Below are positions 58,260 to 64,000 of a stretch of DNA of 64,000 nt, in pieces. Source of the DNA: Eutreptiella sp. 'Long Island Sound 2002'. Its lineage: Eukaryota; Protista; Euglenida. Both the position numbers and the translations under genes were made by a program. Positions within the stretch are counted from its first letter, which is position 1. Every line of letters starts with the position of its first letter. Location of the stretch: positions 184,264,001 to 184,328,000 of the forward strand of contig OZ038378.1 in NCBI GenBank assembly GCA_964036045.1, in the 5' to 3' direction. The notes under the pieces are model-generated. The model saw only the letters and a program-made list of their open reading frames with translations. It was not told the origin of the DNA and did no database searches.

Positions 58260-61200
58260 ATGGCGGGGCGCAACGAGGACATCCCTGCCGCCGTGTCTCA
58301 GCTCCGCCACTCCCACCTCGACGGCGTCCCCCATGTCCGGGACCTGCACCTGGGCGCATACACTCCCAGCTCCCCCCCCAGAGAGTGGGGCCTGGTACCG
58401 GTACCGGCCTCGGGCACTGCCCAGTTCATCACGCCCCCCTACGCCCTCGAAATGTGCCTGCACCTGCCGGTGGGTGTGCACTACTACCGGGCGTGCAGCG
58501 GGGCGGACCCCTGGCCCCGTAACGTTCTGTCGTTAGTGGGCGCCGTGCACTGTGTGCAGGTGACGGGCTCCCATCAGTTGCAGCTCTGCCGCAAGGGCCT
58601 GCCACCCACCTCCTTCATCTTGCCCGAGCATCACCACGTGGTCCTCCCACAATCCCTACACAGCCGTGTCTCCATCACAGCCACAGGCCTCACCCGGGCC
58701 AGTGTCTTGGCGATGGCGGCCACGTACCACCACCGGCACCTCCGCAAGTGGGTGCGAGGCCTACCTTGCGCCCTCCCCGCAGCCGTGGACCGCAAGCTAA
58801 CCCAGCACTCCACCGCCGCCGGCTCCTGCCCTGGTCCCCCCCCCACCGGCCACGTGTCGCCCCGCCCAGACGTGATGACCCTCAACGTGCAGATGTCCCT
58901 ACGACCCAAGCTCCGCGCCCTGGACGTCCTGGTGCGCGAGTGCCAGTACCCGCTAACCCTGCATGTTCAAGAAGCGGGGCCCCTGATCATCCAACGGGTG
59001 CACCCCCTGTACCACACCATCCAGGCACCTGCAAGAGTGGCTGGGGGATGTGCCACTCTCCTCTACAGGACCCCGGACCTGGTCGTGACCGGCCACAGCG
59101 CCCACCCGTCGGGAAGAGCCCTCGTCACGCACTTCACCATGGCTGGCGTGACCCACTGCCACGCCAACGTGTACTTCCCCGCCGACGGGAACCTCGACAC
59201 CCTCCAAGAAATCCTGGATTGGGTGTACCCGTACCTCCTCCTCACCCCGGCTAGAGTGGTTGTCCTGACAGGGGACCTGAACGCCAACTGCCGCTGGGTC
59301 TCGCACCTCCCTGTCTCCCCTGCCTCCCTCTGTGACCTCGTCCTCCCCACGCTCACGCGCCTTGGGATGCGCCGTCTACGCCCCCTTGCGGAGGCCCCCA
59401 CGTGGGTGAGCCCGCAAGGTTTCGCCGGTGCCCTGGACCACATCTTCCTCCGCACCCCTTCGGAAGCAGCCCACACCACGGAGGTGCGCTCCGATTCCAG
59501 TTTCCCATCTGACCACCTACCCGTGACTGCCACCCTCCATGACCTCCCGCCACCGCCCCAATTGATATGCCCTTCGAAAAAGGGCCGCTTCCCCATCCCG
59601 CGGGAGCCCCTCGCCAGCCAGCTCCGCACCCTCAACGACACCTTTCGGGCCGAACTCGCTACGCCGCCCCCGGGCGCGCCCGAAGCACAGCCACGCTATA
59701 CCGAGGTGACCTCAGCGCTATACGCCGCGGCTACGGCTGCCTACGGGCCCCCCGTCCCCAGCCAGCCGGTACCGTCGACGGTACGTGTCCACGTCACCAA
59801 CCTTCAACGCTACACGCTCGCCTACCCGGATTGGGCGTCCCAATCGTCACACCTCGTGGAGGTCGCCCGCCTCAAAGAACGCATCCGAGCGGCCTGGGAC
59901 GTTCTCCTTCTGGAGAAGGATGTAGGGCTGGCGCCCCTACCCGCTGCCCCTGGCCAACCCACCAAAGTGGACTACCGCCGCACGTTGGGGGCGCGCTACG
60001 TACCCCCAGCGGATCCGGTCTACGTGGTGGGCGTCCCAGTACCTCTTCATCAACAAGCCGCCGTTGCGTTGGACCAGCTGCGCCAAAGGCACCTTGCCCC
60101 TCTTGAGGCGCTCTCACTCGCGCGCGTCCGGACCATCACGGGATGGGAGGGAAGGCCGCTCGGCCCACCACCCAACGCCACCACCGCAAACCTGCGGGCA
60201 ATCATCCGCCGGGCGGCGGCCACTGTGCCGTACCACGACTTACTGGAGTACCGGCTGTTTGGACAATTGGAGGATACCCAGTTTGCGACGATCGTGAGCC
60301 TGATCAACAGTATTCTCCGTGGGGTGCCCGTGCCCCAGGCACACTCTGCAGACTTCATCAACCTTCCGAAAAAGACGCCGCACGGCCCCATTGCAAACGG
60401 CAGGCCGCTGACCAATCTGGCCACGATATGGAAACTCACGGCTGCCCTCATCAAAGACCACTACCAGCCCCGCCTGGTTCAGAACGGCATCCTGCCGCCC
60501 TACCAGTTCGGGATGTCCCCGCACTGCTCCTCCGTGGAGCTACTCCGCGTCCTACACGATGTATGGTGGGACCGCTGGCGCAGACGCCTCGAAGCGTGGG
60601 TCCTGTCGGACGATGTCCGCCACGCGTATGGCTCCATCAACCACACCACCGAGTACGCCGTCCTCACCGCCGCAGGGATCTCCCCAGCCGACGCCGCGAC
60701 CCTTCAGCACCATGACCGCGCCCTTGAGGTGCACATGGGGGGAGCTGACGGACGCTCTCCGTCCTCCACCCGGCTGGGGGCCGGCACGGGGCAAGGGTGC
60801 CCCGTGTCCGGCATGAAGTACTGCATATATGGCGAAGTTCGGGGGCACGAGGCCTGCCGTTCCGTCCCCCCCACCGACACCCCCGCGGGCCCGCTGAACC
60901 GGGTTCTCCTGATGGATGATACCCAGTGGCTGCCCGGCGACCGTTGCCATTTGCCCGCCCTCGCCAGCGGCATTGAGAGAGCGGGCCGCCTCACCAACCT
61001 CCACTCAGACCCAACAAAAACGGTCTTGATCGGCACCGACATGCGCGATGGTCAGGTCTATTTCCTCAACGACACGGTATACCTCAATGGTCACCCCGTG
61101 CGATGTGCCACGAGCCAGGACTACGTCCGCGTCCTTGGCCGCCATGCCCTTCCCCACCTCTTCCATCCCGTCGACTCCCGGCGCCTGTTCTCGGGCGCCC

Positions 61201-63554
61201 GCGCTGCGTGCCGGGCGCTCCGCGCCCCACGACTCCCCGCCCACTACCCCCTCGCCATGTATACCGCCAAGTGTCATGGGACGGTCAACTGGTTTACCAG
61301 TGTCCGCCCCCCCTCCTACGGGGCCCTGCGCGTGCTGGACGCCATGACCGCCTCGGCCATGCGCGCCACCGCTGGGTGGACCCTCTCCGCCTCTGCTCAC
61401 TTCCTCCGTGAGGTCCCCGAAGGGGGAGTCGGTATACCCCCGGCACCGGTTGTTGGGTTTACTAACTTCTTCGGCGTCTACATCCGACACCTGAACCACC
61501 CCAACTCCCTGGTCTGCCGGTCCACGCGCCACGGGCTCCTCACTGCCCTCTGGCGGTTCCATCCTTCCCAGCCCTGCCTCACCCCGGAGCTCGGGCTCCG
61601 GTGCACCGCACACCCCACGGACCACGATCTATTTGTTGCCCTGTGCCACCGGTGCGACATCGCCATCCACTTACCCCCTGACAGCCATCTGCCACACCAC
61701 ACCCCCCATGTGATGGCCCTGTCGTCACCCGGACTCGAGGTCGAGGACACCCACGCGTGGATGCTTGCGGGCCATCGCAGTACAGAGGACGCGCGACGCA
61801 AGGGGTGGCCCCGGGCCTCGCCCCGCCCCACTCCGCCGGTCGGCACCGTCCCCCCGGTCAGACGCTGCCAAGCGGTGACTGCGACCGTCCCCACGTTCTC
61901 CTGGCTCCCTGAGAACTATGGGATCCTCCACGACGCGTCGTGGTGCCCGAAGACCCGGCGCTGCGGCGGGGCAGTGGCGGTGTTCTGCCCCGTCACCCTC
62001 CGGTACCAGGTGTACCCCGTCCCCATCCCCTTGAGGCTGGACAACGCCTACACGGCGGAGCTGTACACGGCATGGGTGGCCCTCACCGCCAAGGGGCCCT
62101 CAGCCGACCCTGCCATCGGCTTCCGATCCGGTGCGTGGCACTTCGCGGACTGCAAAGGGTACATCACGGCGCAGGAAGGGCGCCGCGAGCCGGAAGACTC
62201 GCTACAAGGAGATCTCATAAGATCGTGTCGCGACATGGCCCACGGTCACGCCCCTCCCCATCACCTCTATTCCCATATCGCCGGCACCTGGCTCGATACC
62301 CTGCTGGACCGGGTGGACGAAGCGGCAGGGCAAGCTGCGGACACTTGCCCGGACGCCGTGGGATGGCTCGGCCCCCTACAGAAACCCCGCGTCTGCTTCT
62401 CCCACGCGGGCCTCCAGGTCCACGACGCCGTGCCCCACGCGCGCCGCGCCTTGCTCGCCTCCCACCACGCCTTTTCTGCGTCCCCCCCGCCACAACGCCG
62501 CCCCGACCTCAACGAGTACGCCAACATCGTCAGCCACGGTCTCGTCACATGGGGGGACCACCTCACGGTCACCGGCATCCGCCTCTCCCTGTTCCCCCCA
62601 AGAGATACGTCCTGCCCCCTCTGCACCATGCCCGCCTCCGGGGACCACATCCTCTCGTGCCCGCTAGACCCGCTCATCCGCGCCCACTACCATCGGTGGC
62701 TTGCGGCCCGACTCTCTCAGAGGTGCCATGCCTGGCGCCACTGTACGCCCACTGCTTGGGGCACCCTCGTCCTTTGGGGGGACGAGCCGTTCATACTGGC
62801 TGTGGATGGCTCCCCGGCCCACCACACCATCGCGACCTACACTGTTGGTCGTCTCGGAGCCATCTCCACGCCACACAGGGATGCCCTGCTGCACAGAGGT
62901 CTGCGTCCTGCGCGTCTCCGTCGCCTACTCTGCGATGTCGTTCTCACTACCGTTCTCCTACATAAGCGGCACGCGGTGCCCGTTCTACCTCTTGCCGACC
63001 ACCTCTCTCCCCTACCGCGGGCCCCCGTGAACCAGTCCCTCGCCAACGACCCACCGCCAGAGTGGTATCACGTAGCCAACTGGGCTCCAACGCCCGGCTC
63101 GGGCAGGTGGCCGGCCTGGGACGTCCTCCTAGGACTCTGGCTATCAGGGGACCTCCTCCTGGCCCCTAAGGTGAAGTCCGTCATCTCCACCCGGAGCAAG
63201 CACAGTCCGTACCGCGTCCTGTATGTGTACAACGGGTCGAACCAGATTCCGCCGACCATGTGGCAGGAGATTGAGCAGAATCCCCATGACGTGATCATCT
63301 TGGACAGTCTCGGACGGCACGGGCTTGCCCCTCATCTCCCAGGTCGACGCCGCCTCTGGGCCATCCATTACGGTGGCAATGGACGGAGCCTGGAAGCCGG
63401 CCTCTGTGGAGATGTGATCCCCTCGTGGTGTGCCGCACTACATTCTGCGTTCTCGGCCATCCTCACTGCGGCTTCCCAAGGACCCCGCACGGTCTTTAAG
63501 GACATGCAGGTGGCCATGGGTCGGCCCGCCCCGTGGCCCTGTCCCCGCCCGTGA
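58260..63554 (+). CDS. LINE ORF2 (1764 aa): APE endonuclease - reverse transcriptase - RNase H - CCHC knuckle
   Basis: APE: TLNVQ/HVQE/NVYFP/GDLNA/ALDHIF/SDHLPV (~58869-59535). RT: FINLPKK, RPLTNL, GQGCPVS, LMDD 60909-60920, YVRVLG. RNase H: D61932/E62058/D62148/D62316. CPLC-x7-H-x3-C at 62613-62660. Confidence 0.95.
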   Translation: MAGRNEDIPAAVSQLRHSHLDGVPHVRDLHLGAYTPSSPPREWGLVPVPASGTAQFITPPYALEMCLHLPVGVHYYRACSGADPWPRNVLSLVGAVHCVQVTGSHQLQLCRKGLPPTSFILPEHHHVVLPQSLHSRVSITATGLTRASVLAMAATYHHRHLRKWVRGLPCALPAAVDRKLTQHSTAAGSCPGPPPTGHVSPRPDVMTLNVQMSLRPKLRALDVLVRECQYPLTLHVQEAGPLIIQRVHPLYHTIQAPARVAGGCATLLYRTPDLVVTGHSAHPSGRALVTHFTMAGVTHCHANVYFPADGNLDTLQEILDWVYPYLLLTPARVVVLTGDLNANCRWVSHLPVSPASLCDLVLPTLTRLGMRRLRPLAEAPTWVSPQGFAGALDHIFLRTPSEAAHTTEVRSDSSFPSDHLPVTATLHDLPPPPQLICPSKKGRFPIPREPLASQLRTLNDTFRAELATPPPGAPEAQPRYTEVTSALYAAATAAYGPPVPSQPVPSTVRVHVTNLQRYTLAYPDWASQSSHLVEVARLKERIRAAWDVLLLEKDVGLAPLPAAPGQPTKVDYRRTLGARYVPPADPVYVVGVPVPLHQQAAVALDQLRQRHLAPLEALSLARVRTITGWEGRPLGPPPNATTANLRAIIRRAAATVPYHDLLEYRLFGQLEDTQFATIVSLINSILRGVPVPQAHSADFINLPKKTPHGPIANGRPLTNLATIWKLTAALIKDHYQPRLVQNGILPPYQFGMSPHCSSVELLRVLHDVWWDRWRRRLEAWVLSDDVRHAYGSINHTTEYAVLTAAGISPADAATLQHHDRALEVHMGGADGRSPSSTRLGAGTGQGCPVSGMKYCIYGEVRGHEACRSVPPTDTPAGPLNRVLLMDDTQWLPGDRCHLPALASGIERAGRLTNLHSDPTKTVLIGTDMRDGQVYFLNDTVYLNGHPVRCATSQDYVRVLGRHALPHLFHPVDSRRLFSGARAACRALRAPRLPAHYPLAMYTAKCHGTVNWFTSVRPPSYGALRVLDAMTASAMRATAGWTLSASAHFLREVPEGGVGIPPAPVVGFTNFFGVYIRHLNHPNSLVCRSTRHGLLTALWRFHPSQPCLTPELGLRCTAHPTDHDLFVALCHRCDIAIHLPPDSHLPHHTPHVMALSSPGLEVEDTHAWMLAGHRSTEDARRKGWPRASPRPTPPVGTVPPVRRCQAVTATVPTFSWLPENYGILHDASWCPKTRRCGGAVAVFCPVTLRYQVYPVPIPLRLDNAYTAELYTAWVALTAKGPSADPAIGFRSGAWHFADCKGYITAQEGRREPEDSLQGDLIRSCRDMAHGHAPPHHLYSHIAGTWLDTLLDRVDEAAGQAADTCPDAVGWLGPLQKPRVCFSHAGLQVHDAVPHARRALLASHHAFSASPPPQRRPDLNEYANIVSHGLVTWGDHLTVTGIRLSLFPPRDTSCPLCTMPASGDHILSCPLDPLIRAHYHRWLAARLSQRCHAWRHCTPTAWGTLVLWGDEPFILAVDGSPAHHTIATYTVGRLGAISTPHRDALLHRGLRPARLRRLLCDVVLTTVLLHKRHAVPVLPLADHLSPLPRAPVNQSLANDPPPEWYHVANWAPTPGSGRWPAWDVLLGLWLSGDLLLAPKVKSVISTRSKHSPYRVLYVYNGSNQIPPTMWQEIEQNPHDVIILDSLGRHGLAPHLPGRRRLWAIHYGGNGRSLEAGLCGDVIPSWCAALHSAFSAILTAASQGPRTVFKDMQVAMGRPAPWPCPRP

Positions 63555-64000
63555 CCCGTCCTCGACCTCACGCGCCCGGACCGCTCCGGTGCTGCGCGCA
63601 GTCGTGCCGGACCGCGCTCCTTGTCTGGCGGCGTTCTAAGTCGGAGGTGATGCCCCGGGAGACCCACATCTTCCGTGCACGTTGATCTTGGAACGCTTAC
63701 TCGGGTGGATCCAGGACAGTTCGGAGCGGTTGGTGGCCGGGACCGGAGAGCAGATCGAGCCGTAGCGTTGTCGTACACTGACGTTGTGACCCAGACGGCC
63801 TGCTGGGAGGAGCGTTCTCAGGTGTGCGACGAGATTCGTCTTGCTCTAGCGGAGGTAAGACGGAGGACTCCCTCGGCAGAGCCTGCGTGGGGCCCCCGAG
63901 GGACGACGCCAAGGCTCACCGTACGTGGGACCGCGGCAGGCGCTCCTCCTCCTCCTCCTCCTCCTCCTCAGGGGGTGTTGCTTCACTGCCCTCCACTTGC

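Larger units (their letters stand above)
54900..64000 (+). mobile_element. Apparently intact non-LTR retrotransposon (LINE), two ORFs, RNase H-containing; 5' boundary approximate, 3' end not resolved in window
   Basis: Two long uninterrupted ORFs 8 nt apart; ORF2 has APE, RT, RNase H and CCHC motifs in LINE order. Confidence 0.93.

Noticed and set aside
55164-63912. Numerous overlapping and antisense ORFs across the LINE and across the GC-rich exons
   Set aside because: Shadow ORFs expected from high GC3; no recognisable motifs.
54482-63973. CCTCAGGG at both ends as a possible LINE target-site duplication
   Set aside because: Both copies arise from adjacent simple repeats (CTCAC, CTC), and the tentative last exon lies between the first copy and ORF1; probably coincidental.

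Overview
Eukaryotic, intron-rich genomic DNA with GC3-rich exons, repeat-filled introns and long microsatellites. The repeat families recall euglenids such as Eutreptiella, but that is from memory and unverified. Two things dominate. (1) One giant + strand gene, assembled by hand from 25 frame-consistent GT-AG exons (16294..54877, about 2,670 aa; first exon and last two exons less certain). Its apparent order is: four copies of an unrecognised aromatic repeat with a PDZ domain inside the array, an apparently circularly permuted PARG-like macrodomain, ankyrin repeats, a C2-like domain, then a SIR2_2 (antiphage-type NADase family) domain with intact GxGxS/TTNYD/HG/GFSFxD motifs. (2) Just downstream, an uninterrupted two-ORF non-LTR retrotransposon. 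ORF1 has a coiled coil, an RRM-like segment and an RS-rich tail; ORF2 is APE-RT-RNase H-CCHC with extra N- and C-terminal segments and atypical RT motifs. The rest is microsatellites, minisatellites, hairpin/foldback elements and decayed repeats. No rRNA, tRNA or CRISPR array was found. All domain calls are by-eye motif recognition, not database searches.
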